Shown: piece by piece, positions 39,850 through 49,799 of the stretch
Layout: each line of letters opens with the position of its first letter
How positions within the stretch are numbered: position 1 is the first letter of the stretch
Source of the DNA: a virus
IMG/VR virus record: IMGVR_UViG_3300044568_003939
Reading direction: 5' to 3' (one strand)
Length of the DNA stretch: 64,000 nucleotides
The notes under the pieces: generated by a model
Told to the model about the DNA's origin: nothing
What the model saw: the letters and a program-made list of their open reading frames with translations, nothing else
Databases searched by the model: none
Position numbers and translations under genes: made by a program

Positions 39850-40038
39850 ATTACTCTCACTCCAAAATACACCAAGCATTCTAGCTACCTCGGCGTCCAA
39901 ATCTACAAACGCAATGCCAACACCGGCACAAGCGGTGGGGCTTGGTTGGCCGTCTCTACTACATTTAAATCTCTTTCACAGGTTAAAGCTTATTTGGAAT
40001 ATCTTCAGAACAGTGGAAATCTTATTAACCGCATTTAG
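39847..40038 (+). CDS. small early hypothetical protein
   Basis: First ORF after a promoter cassette. Confidence 0.65.
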   Translation: MITLTPKYTKHSSYLGVQIYKRNANTGTSGGAWLAVSTTFKSLSQVKAYLEYLQNSGNLINRI

Positions 40039-40100
40039 TCCTTTACAAGTCTAAGAATTTAGTTTATAATAATCTCGTACCAATTGACAACCACTACATT

Positions 40101-41309
40101 ATGAATACACAAACCAAGATCCAAAACACTCTCAACGCGCTGTTCGGCGCAGGCCCGATCACGGAAGTAAGCAGCGCTCAGCTGTATAAAGTCGGCCGTG
40201 AGCAGGGGCTGACTTACAAGCAAGTCAAAGACAATATGATGTGCGATAAGTACAAGAGTACCGTCAAGCGCGGCTTGTATAACCTTACTGTGTTGGCCTC
40301 CAAACCAACCGATGCCATGTGTGAGCCTGCTACGCCAGCCGCTCCAGCAGCAGCTGCTCCAGTGTTCAATCTGACTACTCCTAAGCCTCAGCCTCAGCCA
40401 AAGCTGACCAGCATCAGCAATGACGACATTTACATTCCTTCTGTCGACCATACCTTTGTGCAATGGGGTGAATATAAGACTGTCAAGAAGGTGATTGAGA
40501 GCGGCATGTTTTTCCCACTATACATCAGTGGCATGAGCGGCAACGGCAAAACCATGATGGTCGAACAAGCCTGCGCCAAGCTTAAGAAGGAATACATCCG
40601 CGTGCAAATCAGCCCAGAGACTGACGAAGACGATCTTATTGGCGGCTTCCGCTTGATCAACGGCGAAACGGTTTTCCATAAAGGACCAGTTATCAAGGCA
40701 ATGGAACGAGGCTGCATTTTGATGATTGACGAACTCGACCGTGGCAGCAACAAGATTATGTGCCTGCAAGGCGTTCTTGAAGGCAAGCCTGTTCTTGTTA
40801 AAAAGATTGGCCAAATCATTCATCCAGCCGCAGGTTTCAACGTGATTGCAACTGCCAATACCAAAGGCCGCGGCAGTGAAGACGGCCGCTATAGCGCTGC
40901 CAATGTGATTGATGAAGCGTTCATTGAACGCTTCGTGGCAACCATTGATCAGCCTTATCCTGCATTCAAGATTGAGCGCAACATTGTTGCCAAACACATG
41001 GAAGCGCTTGACGTTGCAGACGAAGAATTTGTTGACAAGCTTGTAAGCTGGAGTGCGGTTATCCGCAAAACCTACGCTGACGAAGGCGTTGACGAACTTA
41101 TCAGTACTCGCCGTCTGTGCCACATTGTCAAGGCATACAGCATCTTCCGCAACCGCCTTGAGGCCATCAGTCTTTGCATTGCTCGCTTTGAAAACGAAAC
41201 GCGTGAAGCATTCCTCGATCTTTACACTAAGATTGACAGCAATCAAATCACTGCTCCAGCTGAGCCGCTTACTGCATCCGCTGTCGCTGCAGAAAAAGTT
41301 CCTTTCTAA
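40101..41309 (+). CDS. MoxR/CobS-like AAA+ ATPase with extra N-terminal domain
   Basis: GMSGNGKT, ETDEDDLIGG, IDELD, ATANTKG, AFIERF, ISTRRL. Confidence 0.9.
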   Translation: MNTQTKIQNTLNALFGAGPITEVSSAQLYKVGREQGLTYKQVKDNMMCDKYKSTVKRGLYNLTVLASKPTDAMCEPATPAAPAAAAPVFNLTTPKPQPQPKLTSISNDDIYIPSVDHTFVQWGEYKTVKKVIESGMFFPLYISGMSGNGKTMMVEQACAKLKKEYIRVQISPETDEDDLIGGFRLINGETVFHKGPVIKAMERGCILMIDELDRGSNKIMCLQGVLEGKPVLVKKIGQIIHPAAGFNVIATANTKGRGSEDGRYSAANVIDEAFIERFVATIDQPYPAFKIERNIVAKHMEALDVADEEFVDKLVSWSAVIRKTYADEGVDELISTRRLCHIVKAYSIFRNRLEAISLCIARFENETREAFLDLYTKIDSNQITAPAEPLTASAVAAEKVPF

Positions 41310-41379
41310 ATTTTAGCAATGGTCTTACGCTAAACCAAGTAAACATTAGACCAAACCAAAACACAAACACAAACAAAAT

Positions 41380-41634
41380 ATGACTAAGAAAGAGATCCAA
41401 CAATTCGCCCGCATTGCAACCCGCATGACTCAAAAGGAGGCTATCTATGCGGTCCTTGAAGCAGGTCATGAGTTTACCGTTGCAGACGCACGTGCTGCCG
41501 GTATTGCTGACCCTGCTCGCGTTGTCAATCAATTGCGCGAATTGGGTTATCCAGTTTACCTCAACCCACGTAAGACTCGCACTGGCGAACTCGTTAAGCG
41601 CTATCGCTTGGGTACCGCACGTAAGAACGGCTAA
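41380..41634 (+). CDS. small winged-HTH DNA-binding protein
   Basis: T..DAR..GIA.PARVVNQLRELGYPVY.N...YRLG. Confidence 0.65.
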   Translation: MTKKEIQQFARIATRMTQKEAIYAVLEAGHEFTVADARAAGIADPARVVNQLRELGYPVYLNPRKTRTGELVKRYRLGTARKNG

Positions 41635-41642
41635 TTGCTAAT

Positions 41643-41680
41643 ATGCAGGGGTATGGTGTTTCGCTATACCCCTGCATTTA
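41643..41680 (+). terminator. stem-loop
   Basis: atgcaggggtat...atacccctgcat followed by tt. Confidence 0.65.
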
Positions 41681-41688
41681 CTTCTTTT

Positions 41689-42012
41689 ATGATATCACAC
41701 TCTTTCTCAAATCCCGTCCCAGTTGGTGTCAAATATGATGGCGATAAGCCTGATTATGGTTTGATTCCACCGCATGCATTGGAAGAAGCTGTCATGGTTC
41801 TTACCTTTGGTGCAGCCAAGTATTCGGTAGACAACTGGAAGCTTCTGCATGATGCAAAGAATCGTTACTTTGCAGCTGCACAGCGACACATGTGGGCACT
41901 AAAGAAAGATGAAACATATGATCGTGAAAGCGGATTGCATCACGCCGCACATGCGGTTTGCTGCATGCTATTCTACTATGAATTGGACTTCATCTCTAAA
42001 GAAAAACAATAA
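41689..42012 (+). CDS. DUF5664 dATP/dGTP diphosphohydrolase-like protein
   Basis: GVKYD.DK..Y.LIP, VLTFGAAKY..DNW, ESGLHH.AHA.CC..F. Confidence 0.8.
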   Translation: MISHSFSNPVPVGVKYDGDKPDYGLIPPHALEEAVMVLTFGAAKYSVDNWKLLHDAKNRYFAAAQRHMWALKKDETYDRESGLHHAAHAVCCMLFYYELDFISKEKQ

Positions 42013-42053
42013 AAAGATTTGCATTTTAAACATAACCGTATATAATTAACTAT

Positions 42054-42728
42054 ATGACAAAACTATCTACACAAACCCTCGAGATTCTAAAAAACTTCGC
42101 ATCAATCAACAGTAACCTGATTGTCAAAAGCGGAGAAGCACTCTCAACCATTTCAGAAGCTAAAAACATTATGGCTAGCGCTGAAATTACTGAACTGTTT
42201 GAAACCACATTTGGTATCTATGATCTTAATGAATTCATTAGTATGTTTTCATTGATGAGTGATCCTGACCTTGATTTCACAGCAGACAGTGTTGTGTTCA
42301 AGAGTGGCCGCACCAAAGCAAGTTATCGCTTTGCGGATCAAAGCATTCTGACCACTCCCAAAAGTAAAATCACTATGCCTTCAGCAGATGTGATTGTAAA
42401 TATTGATAGCGACCTGCTTGGACAGATTCGTAAAGCTGCAGGCGTCCTTGGTCATACCATCGTAAGCATTGGCGGAGAAGCTGGAGTTATTACACTTAGC
42501 GTAATTGATCCAAAGAACAGTACGGCCAACAGCTTTACGGTTGTTCTTGATGACGCTAACGACAATAAAAATAACTTTGATCTTCAATTCCTTATTGCCA
42601 ATCTTAAAGTAATCCCAGGCGATTATGAAGTTAAGATTAGCAGCAAGCTGATCAGTCATTGGATCAACAACGCTGCGCCAATCAATTACTACATTGCTCT
42701 TGAAAAGACAAGCAGCTATAACGCATAA
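42054..42728 (+). CDS. gp45: sliding clamp gp45
   Basis: LS..TL.ILKNFASIN, FGIYDLNEF, YYIALE. Confidence 0.93.
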   Translation: MTKLSTQTLEILKNFASINSNLIVKSGEALSTISEAKNIMASAEITELFETTFGIYDLNEFISMFSLMSDPDLDFTADSVVFKSGRTKASYRFADQSILTTPKSKITMPSADVIVNIDSDLLGQIRKAAGVLGHTIVSIGGEAGVITLSVIDPKNSTANSFTVVLDDANDNKNNFDLQFLIANLKVIPGDYEVKISSKLISHWINNAAPINYYIALEKTSSYNA

Positions 42729-42736
42729 ACAATCCT

Positions 42737-43027
42737 ATGAGTAACGAAAACGAACAAACACAAACTGAAGCCGCACCGCAACAAATTACTATTGATGACA
42801 TTGCACTTATTGTCAATATCATTGCTACCGTATCACGCCGTGGTGCATTTGAAGCCGCTGAATTTACCGTCGTTGGCGGTTTATTTGAAAAGCTTAAGGG
42901 ATTCCTTCCTGAGGCCGCTCCCGAAGAAACCAATGCTGCAGAGACTACCAATACTAGTGCTGTCGCAGAGATTCCAGAAAATCAATTGAACTTTGATTTT
43001 GCTGGTGCAGCCGCTAACAAAGACTAA
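42737..43027 (+). CDS. conserved hypothetical protein
   Basis: ITIDD....II...SRRGAF.A.E...VG motif; in operon. Confidence 0.6.
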   Translation: MSNENEQTQTEAAPQQITIDDIALIVNIIATVSRRGAFEAAEFTVVGGLFEKLKGFLPEAAPEETNAAETTNTSAVAEIPENQLNFDFAGAAANKD

Positions 43028-43028
43028 T

Positions 43029-43358
43029 ATGAATAAAGACAGACTTGACGGGACTGCAAAGGGTGGATGCCTTTTTGAGTTGTTCACGCTTCCTGGCAGA
43101 ATTATTCTTTGGATTCAATATATGAATCCATCGTCTAAGGGAGGCCAATGGACAATGGTTGCACAAACCAAACGTCGCGCTAGCAGTCCCGTCATGACTG
43201 TTCTATATTCACTTGCTTTTTGGGCAGTGGTTAGCTTTTGTGTGTATGGATATTTTACCGATACTCCACAAACGATAACTCCTGCCGCACCAGTCATCGA
43301 AAGCATACAAGACCATGTACGGTCAAACCCCAACACCGACACACCAGAATATGATTGA
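43029..43358 (+). CDS. hypothetical membrane protein
   Basis: Hydrophobic segments; in operon. Confidence 0.5.
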   Translation: MNKDRLDGTAKGGCLFELFTLPGRIILWIQYMNPSSKGGQWTMVAQTKRRASSPVMTVLYSLAFWAVVSFCVYGYFTDTPQTITPAAPVIESIQDHVRSNPNTDTPEYD

Positions 43359-43605
43359 TATTGAAGACGAACAACAAAAGCTTGACATGCTTAATGTCAT
43401 TAAAGAGATTGGTATCGAATTGTCCAAGATGGACGACAGCCGTGATCAGATTAAAGAAATCATCGGTGCAGCCGCCGAAGCATTTGATATTGGTAAACCG
43501 CTAATTCGTAAAGTTGCGCGACTATACCATAAGAAGAATGTTGCTGATTTTGAAAATGAGACTAGCGATATTAAAAACCTTTACAAAGCAATCACAGTAG
43601 TATAA
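43351..43605 (+). CDS. dsDNA-binding protein (T4 DsbA-like)
   Basis: IKE....IRKVARLYHK...E....LY pattern. Confidence 0.65.
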   Translation: MIDIEDEQQKLDMLNVIKEIGIELSKMDDSRDQIKEIIGAAAEAFDIGKPLIRKVARLYHKKNVADFENETSDIKNLYKAITVV

Positions 43606-43648
43606 AATACTGTTGCAACTAAAATACACACCAGAACTAAACTATATT

Positions 43649-44593
43649 ATGAACAACTCTGAATTCTTATGGGTAGAGCGCTATCGCCCACAAACCATTG
43701 ACGAATGTATCCTTCCACCCGAATTAAAGAAAACCTTTAATGATATTGTGAAGGGTGGACAGTTGCCCAACCTACTCCTCGCTGGCACGGCTGGCTTGGG
43801 TAAAACTACAGTCGCCAAAGCATTGTGTAACCAGCTTGATCTTGATTACATCATGATCAACGGCAGTGAGGAAAGCGGCATTGATGTGCTGCGCAATAAG
43901 ATCAAACAATTTGCAAGTACTGTATCATTGACTGGTGGATATAAAGTAGTTATTCTCGATGAGGCTGACTATCTTAATCCAACAAGTACAATGCCAGCAC
44001 TTCGCGGATTCATCGAGGAGTTTAGTAATAATTGCCGATTTATTCTTACGTGTAATTTCAAGAATCGAATCATTGAGCCGCTTCATAGTCGATGCAGTGT
44101 GGTTGAATTTAATACCACAAAGAAGCAACTAGCTGGTCTGGCTGGTGACTTCATGAAGCGGCTTAGTGCTATTCTCAAAGCCGAAGGCGTTGCCTTTCAA
44201 GACAAAACCATCGCCGAACTGATTATTCGTTATGCTCCAGATTGGCGTCGAGTGCTAAATGAGTGTCAGCGATATAGCACAGGCGGCGAGATTCCCACGG
44301 CTATCCTTGTAGGAATGAGCGATCAAAACATCGCTGAACTTACAACACACCTGCGCACTAAGGATTTTAAAAGCATGCGCAGCTGGGTTGTGAACAACAG
44401 TAGCCTTGATAGCAGCGTTGTGTTTCGCAAGATTTATGACAGCTTGTATGATACTGCATCACCCAACAGCATTCCAAGTGCTGTACTTATTCTTGCAGAC
44501 TATAGTTATAAGGCATGTTTTGTAAGTGACAGAGAACTTAACATGGTAGCATGTATGACCGAACTGATGAGTAACGTTGAATGGACAAAGTAA
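43649..44593 (+). CDS. gp44: clamp loader large subunit gp44
   Basis: LWVERYRP, GTAGLGKTT, ILDEAD, PLHSRC. Confidence 0.95.
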   Translation: MNNSEFLWVERYRPQTIDECILPPELKKTFNDIVKGGQLPNLLLAGTAGLGKTTVAKALCNQLDLDYIMINGSEESGIDVLRNKIKQFASTVSLTGGYKVVILDEADYLNPTSTMPALRGFIEEFSNNCRFILTCNFKNRIIEPLHSRCSVVEFNTTKKQLAGLAGDFMKRLSAILKAEGVAFQDKTIAELIIRYAPDWRRVLNECQRYSTGGEIPTAILVGMSDQNIAELTTHLRTKDFKSMRSWVVNNSSLDSSVVFRKIYDSLYDTASPNSIPSAVLILADYSYKACFVSDRELNMVACMTELMSNVEWTK

Positions 44594-44594
44594 T

Positions 44595-45065
44595 ATGGCA
44601 GCCAAGAAAAAAGAAACAGCTGAGGCCGCAGCTCCTAAGAAATTGTCATTTTTTGATTTTCTCAATAGTATCAACGAAGGCACAAATGGTAAAAGTTTAT
44701 TGACCGAATGTAAAGCTGATAATAGCGAAGGCGCGGCCGATCCATCTAGTGCGGATCGTGCATACCTACCTTTCATGGTAAATCGTGGGCTCTCATATTT
44801 TAATGATACTGTGCTGCTCGCCAATGAAATGAATCGTTATGCTGCTTTGCCAGTCAAAATGCAATATGACTTTCTCAAGAATACTGTTCGCGCAAAGAAA
44901 CGCTTTAGCAAATGGAGCAAAAAGATGGATGATGGCGCAGATGTGCAAATGCTGATGGATCATTATTGTTATAGTGCAGAAAAAGCGCGTGAGGCTTTAC
45001 CTTTGCTAAGTGAGTCTGCATTATCAGCTATTCGCGCTAGCCGAGATCGTGGCGGTCGTAAGTAA
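44595..45065 (+). CDS. gp62: clamp loader small subunit gp62
   Basis: FDFLNSIN, YLPFMVNRGLSYF.DT...ANEMN, KRFSKW. Confidence 0.92.
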   Translation: MAAKKKETAEAAAPKKLSFFDFLNSINEGTNGKSLLTECKADNSEGAADPSSADRAYLPFMVNRGLSYFNDTVLLANEMNRYAALPVKMQYDFLKNTVRAKKRFSKWSKKMDDGADVQMLMDHYCYSAEKAREALPLLSESALSAIRASRDRGGRK

Positions 45066-45083
45066 TATAAATAAACTATTGCT

Positions 45084-45512
45084 ATGTATGACAATTCACA
45101 AAATGTTATTGAGTGGGCTCCAACCGATATGGTTGAAGTGTATTTGAATGAGCCTGATGATTTCTTAAAAGTAAAGGAAACGCTAAGTCGTATTGGCGTA
45201 AGTTCCAAAAGAGATTTAAATGTGCTATACCAAAGCTGTCATATCCTACACAAGCAAGGCCGTTACTTTATTGTTCACTTTAAAGAACTCTTTATGCTTG
45301 ATGGTAAACCGTCAAACTTTACACATGATGACTATTGCCGTCGCAATACTATCATTACGCTATTGAGTGATTGGGGACTGGTGCGAGTAGCTAATGCTGA
45401 AAGTATCAAAGAAATTACTTCGCTTAAACAAATTAAAATTATATCTCACTCTGTTAAGAGTCAATGGGATCTTCGCTCAAAATATAGCATTGGTAATATC
45501 AAAAAGAAATGA
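45084..45512 (+). CDS. regA: translational repressor RegA
   Basis: PDDFLKVKETL.RIG, LYQSCHILHKQGRYFIVHFKELF. Confidence 0.96.
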   Translation: MYDNSQNVIEWAPTDMVEVYLNEPDDFLKVKETLSRIGVSSKRDLNVLYQSCHILHKQGRYFIVHFKELFMLDGKPSNFTHDDYCRRNTIITLLSDWGLVRVANAESIKEITSLKQIKIISHSVKSQWDLRSKYSIGNIKKK

Positions 45513-45709
45513 TTAAATTATTTTTTTTACTAGTATGCATCGGTATGCTAAGCAGCTGTTATGTTTCTCCACCAGTTGGAATATGTGTTCAGCCAGTGCT
45601 ATACATTCCAACATATAACTATAGGTGTATACCATCATATCGCTATCGCTATGACCGACCATTTTATGATTACCATTGTAACCCTTATTGCTATAGAAAT
45701 TGGCCTTAA
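45509..45709 (+). CDS. small putative lipoprotein
   Basis: Signal peptide with an LSSC lipobox-like motif; Tyr/Pro/Cys-rich tail. Confidence 0.5.
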   Translation: MIKLFFLLVCIGMLSSCYVSPPVGICVQPVLYIPTYNYRCIPSYRYRYDRPFYDYHCNPYCYRNWP

Positions 45710-45734
45710 TATAAATATAGTATAACATAAAAAT

Positions 45735-46658
45735 ATGTGCTGCATTGCTGTTAAATACATCAAGAACTATGGTTGGGTTGGCGCTAAGAATCGTGACCGC
45801 AATTATAAAACCGAAATAGAAATTGTTAACTCCAACAGAGAAAACATTCAACGGCTATACATTGATGATCAGACTACACGATGGACTGAAGGTATCAATG
45901 AATATGGTGTAGCAATTATTAGTGCTTCTTTTAGTGTCAAGAGTGACGAAAAAGAAGGTGGCAAGGTATTAGCTAAGAAAGGTAAAAACAGTAAAAAGAA
46001 AGCAATGGTATCGCCAGACGGCCTTGCTATTCGCAATTCTTTACTATGTAAGGATCCTAAGAGCGCAGCAAAGATGCTGATTGAAAAGGAACTTGCTGGT
46101 GCAACCTTTATTTTTAATAGCGACAAATGCTATCTTCTTGAAGGTGGTTTTACTGTTAAAAAAGCAGACAGCACCGACAAGAAGCCACGTAAATATATTT
46201 ACAACCTAAAGGAAATTACCAAAGATGATAATCATTGTGTGCGTACTAACCACGGCATTGATCTTACACAGCTGGGATATAGTGCAAATGCGACGGACCC
46301 AAAAATCATCCAATCGAGACAAAGCAGTGAAGAGAGATGGAAAATAATCAACAACTACCTGCGTGATGTTGAGATTAACAATCCCGTTGACTTTCTTGAG
46401 GCAATGAGTCAAAAGCCTAATGATGATCCATTCATGAACCCAGTGCGTATGGGCGACCCAGGTAAAGGTGATATGGTTACAACTGGTCAGTTGCTTATTA
46501 CTTGTAAAGAGCGCACACTACACTATCGCCCAATTTATAGCAGCGTACATTTTAGTTATGACAAACTAAATGGTCAAACTGCAAAGACTTTCTTTGAGAT
46601 TATTAGTTCAAGAAAATTGCTTTCTTTTAAAGAATTTTCCTCTAATAAGAATAAATAG
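45735..46658 (+). CDS. Ntn-hydrolase-like protein (N-terminal Cys)
   Basis: MCCI...AKNRDR, EGINEYG, VRTNHG. Confidence 0.6.
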   Translation: MCCIAVKYIKNYGWVGAKNRDRNYKTEIEIVNSNRENIQRLYIDDQTTRWTEGINEYGVAIISASFSVKSDEKEGGKVLAKKGKNSKKKAMVSPDGLAIRNSLLCKDPKSAAKMLIEKELAGATFIFNSDKCYLLEGGFTVKKADSTDKKPRKYIYNLKEITKDDNHCVRTNHGIDLTQLGYSANATDPKIIQSRQSSEERWKIINNYLRDVEINNPVDFLEAMSQKPNDDPFMNPVRMGDPGKGDMVTTGQLLITCKERTLHYRPIYSSVHFSYDKLNGQTAKTFFEIISSRKLLSFKEFSSNKNK

Positions 46659-46659
46659 A

Positions 46660-46751
46660 TTTGTGGCGAGGTTGGCCACAAAGGTGAATGCCGTTTCGGG
46701 TTCATCTACAACATAAACCAAAAACTTGCTTAATAAGGAGTTAAAAAACAT
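46660..46751 (+). promoter_or_regulatory. structured hsp20 leader with ROSE-type SD-occluding hairpin (46723-46742)
   Basis: AACUUGCUU-AAU-AAGGAGUU: UUGCU with a bulged G opposite AGGAG; two upstream hairpins. Confidence 0.65.
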
Positions 46752-47153
46752 ATGAAAATAAATACATTGTCCCCTTGGGGAATTGGGTTTGATCGAGTCT
46801 TTGCTGACTTCGATGTCGCGTTTAAGGAAAATACAAATGTATACCCACCGCATAATGTGGTCAAGCTTGACGATGATTCGTTCTTGGTCGAACTTGCGGT
46901 TGCTGGATTCTCTGCTGAGGATCTTACCATTGAGACTGCTGAAAATTCGCTAGTGATTACCGGTGAACATGCAGTTGAAGATGAGCGGGAATACGCACAC
47001 AAAGGTATCAGCGCACGCAAGTTTACGCGCCGCTTTACTTTAGCAGAACATGTTAAAGTCGGTGAAGCATCACTTGTGAATGGTATCTTAATCATCGCTC
47101 TTGAGCGAGTCATTCCTGACGAGAAAAAGCCACGCATCATTGCTATCAAGTAA
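46752..47153 (+). CDS. hsp20: small heat shock protein Hsp20 (IbpA-like)
   Basis: YPPHNVV, ELAVAGF, HKGISARKF.R.F.LAE, NGIL.I. Confidence 0.95.
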   Translation: MKINTLSPWGIGFDRVFADFDVAFKENTNVYPPHNVVKLDDDSFLVELAVAGFSAEDLTIETAENSLVITGEHAVEDEREYAHKGISARKFTRRFTLAEHVKVGEASLVNGILIIALERVIPDEKKPRIIAIK

Positions 47154-47170
47154 AGCAATAAAATAAATCC

Positions 47171-47218
47171 AAATCGGCCCAGTTTGTAGTTTACATCTGG
47201 GCCGATTTAGTTTATAAT
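47171..47218 (+). promoter_or_regulatory. hairpin (47171-47208) overlapping a TTTACA-17-TATAAT promoter of gp43
   Basis: aaatcggcccag...ctgggccgattt; -35 at 47190, -10 at 47213. Confidence 0.65.
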
Positions 47219-47226
47219 AACATATA

Positions 47227-49788
47227 ATGATTAATGGATTCTATACTTGCATTGACCGCCATATGAACAGCCTGCGCTATCGCGGCTATGATGACGAAGG
47301 TAAAAAGGTTTACAATAGTTACAAATTCCGTCCAGTAATGTATCTGGAAAGTAAGGATAAAGCTGCAAAGTGGCGCAGCCTTGAAGGTCTCCCACTTGAG
47401 CCGATGAGATTTGATAGTATGAGTGAGTGCCGCGAGTTTGCAAAAAGCTATGAAGGCGTTCCCAACTTTAAGATCTATGGAAATGATCGGCATATTCCTG
47501 CATTTATTCAAGCAGAGTTTCCCAATGAAATTGTGTATGATCGCCGCCTTATTGACATTGCATACATTGATATTGAGACTGCCTACGGTGTAATCCCAGG
47601 CGTAACAACCACAAGTTTCCCTGAGCCTAGTGAGGCACGTCATAGTGTATTGACCATTGCACTAAAAAGCAGCAGAGCTGAGCAATACATTGTGTGGGGA
47701 CTAAAGGATTATGACGTCAGCGCTAGCAGCAGCCCACATCTTAAAAAGGAGTATCGTCAATTTGAAACTGAATCCGAAATGCTGCTAGACTTTATCGGCT
47801 GGTGGAGCGATACTCTTAATACCCCTGATGTAATTACTGGTTGGAATACCACACTCTTTGATGTTCCTTATCTTGTGAATCGTATCAGTAGAGTATTGGG
47901 TAGTGATGAAGCTAGCAAGCTGAGCCCATGGCGCAAGATTGAGCAAAAGACGGTTACCGTAAAAGGCCGTGAGAATACTCTTTATAACATCGCCGGCATT
48001 CAGCAACTTGACTATATGGACTTGTTCCAAAAGTTTACGCTCAACACCTATGGCAAGCAGGAAAGCTACAAGTTGGACAACATTGCTGAAGTAGTGCTGG
48101 GTCAAAACAAGTTGGACTATGGCGAAGAAGGCACGCTAGCCAAACTGTATGAGCGGGACTTCCAAAAGTTTGTTGACTATAACATTGTTGACGTTGAACT
48201 TATTGAGCGCTTTGAAGCTAAGCTGGGATTGATTAACCTTGTGTTTACCCTTGCATATTTTGGCGGTGTCAACTATAGTGATACATTGGGTACGGTTGCT
48301 ATCTGGGATAGCATCATCTTCCGTCGCCTTGCATTAAAAAAGATTGCGGTACCGCCAAGTCGCCCAAGTCAAAAGGTTAGCTACCCAGGCGGCTTTGTTA
48401 AGGAAGTGGTGCCGGGCATGTATGATTGGGTTATGAGTTTTGACCTTAACAGTCTTTATCCCAACATCATTATTCAATACAACATGAGCCCTGAAACACT
48501 TGTGCGGCACATGCATCTGCCAAGTATGAATCCTGACGTTGTATTGGCCAACAAGCAACATATCAGTCCTGAGGAGAATCTTGCGGTTGCTGCAAACGGC
48601 GCATGCTTTCGTCGTGATAAGCAAGGGTTTCTGCCTGAGATTATTGAGGAGCTATACAATCGTCGTGTTGGCATCAAAGCTGAAATGATTCGCAAGAAGA
48701 AGGAAAAGGAAACCATCAACTCTAAGACTGACGCCCGAAAGTATAAGAGTATTGATATTGAAGTTGAGCGTCTTGAGACCGAACAAATGTGTATAAAAAT
48801 CCTTATGAACTCACTTTATGGGGCTTTGGGAAATTCTTACTTTAGATATTTTGATATTGCAGTTGCTGAAGGTATTACTCTTACTGGTCAGTTGGTTATT
48901 CGTTGGGCTGAAGAGCATGCTAATGTTTGGCTTAGCAAATTCCTTAAGGATGACGGTGTTGTGGATCGAGTTATTGCAGCTGACACAGACAGTTTGTATA
49001 TTCACGTAAAAGATGTGATTGAAAAGTTTAAGCCCAACAATCCAGTTGCATTCCTTGATGAATTTGGAAGCAAGGCCGTTGAGCCGATGCTTAAGAAAGC
49101 GTTTGATAGCCTTGCCGATCTTACTAATGTTTATAAACCTGCAATGGTTATGAAGCGGGAGGCTATTGCTGACCGTGGAATCTGGACTGCTAAGAAGCGA
49201 TACATTCTTAATATTCACAACAATGAAGGAGTGCAGTATACCGAACCAAAAATCAAAATGATGGGTATCGAAGCAATCAAAAGCAGTACTCCTAAAGTAT
49301 GCCGCGGCGCATTCAAGGAAATCTTTAAGATTATTATCAATGAGGATGAAGCTAAGACCCAAGCTGCAATCGCAATGTTTCGTGCGCATTTTGCAACCAT
49401 TCCAATCGAACAGGTTGCCTTCCCTCGAGGTATTACCGATATTGTAAAGTGGCGCGATAAACAAACCATCTATAAGAAAGGTACGCCGATGCATGTGCGT
49501 GCTGCTCTAATGTATAATCATATGCTTAAGCAGAAAGGATTGACTGATACATATCAACCAATTCAAAGCGGTGACCGTATCAAATACATTCCACTCAAGT
49601 TGCCTAACCCAACAGCTGAAAATGTTATTGGATTTGTGGATAAGCTCCCAGCTGAATTTGATATGAACAGATATGTCAATTATGATCATCAGTTCAACAA
49701 GACTTTCATTGAACCACTTGAACTTATTCTTGATGCAATTGGCTGGAGCGCAGAACCGCGTGCAAGTCTAGAAGATTTCTTTAACTGA
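47227..49788 (+). CDS. gp43: family B DNA polymerase gp43
   Basis: DIET, GWN..FD.PY, SFDLNSLYP, KILMNSLYGALGN, DTDS, KKRY. Confidence 0.97.
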   Translation: MINGFYTCIDRHMNSLRYRGYDDEGKKVYNSYKFRPVMYLESKDKAAKWRSLEGLPLEPMRFDSMSECREFAKSYEGVPNFKIYGNDRHIPAFIQAEFPNEIVYDRRLIDIAYIDIETAYGVIPGVTTTSFPEPSEARHSVLTIALKSSRAEQYIVWGLKDYDVSASSSPHLKKEYRQFETESEMLLDFIGWWSDTLNTPDVITGWNTTLFDVPYLVNRISRVLGSDEASKLSPWRKIEQKTVTVKGRENTLYNIAGIQQLDYMDLFQKFTLNTYGKQESYKLDNIAEVVLGQNKLDYGEEGTLAKLYERDFQKFVDYNIVDVELIERFEAKLGLINLVFTLAYFGGVNYSDTLGTVAIWDSIIFRRLALKKIAVPPSRPSQKVSYPGGFVKEVVPGMYDWVMSFDLNSLYPNIIIQYNMSPETLVRHMHLPSMNPDVVLANKQHISPEENLAVAANGACFRRDKQGFLPEIIEELYNRRVGIKAEMIRKKKEKETINSKTDARKYKSIDIEVERLETEQMCIKILMNSLYGALGNSYFRYFDIAVAEGITLTGQLVIRWAEEHANVWLSKFLKDDGVVDRVIAADTDSLYIHVKDVIEKFKPNNPVAFLDEFGSKAVEPMLKKAFDSLADLTNVYKPAMVMKREAIADRGIWTAKKRYILNIHNNEGVQYTEPKIKMMGIEAIKSSTPKVCRGAFKEIFKIIINEDEAKTQAAIAMFRAHFATIPIEQVAFPRGITDIVKWRDKQTIYKKGTPMHVRAALMYNHMLKQKGLTDTYQPIQSGDRIKYIPLKLPNPTAENVIGFVDKLPAEFDMNRYVNYDHQFNKTFIEPLELILDAIGWSAEPRASLEDFFN

Positions 49789-49799
49789 TAAATTACTAT

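Noticed and set aside
37367-41309. Cobalamin biosynthesis (cobS/cobT) as an auxiliary metabolic function
   Set aside because: This AAA/VWA pair is common in T4-like phages, and no cobN or other cob genes are present
41689-42012. Evidence for a 2-aminoadenine (Z) genome
   Set aside because: DUF5664 alone is insufficient; no purZ in the window
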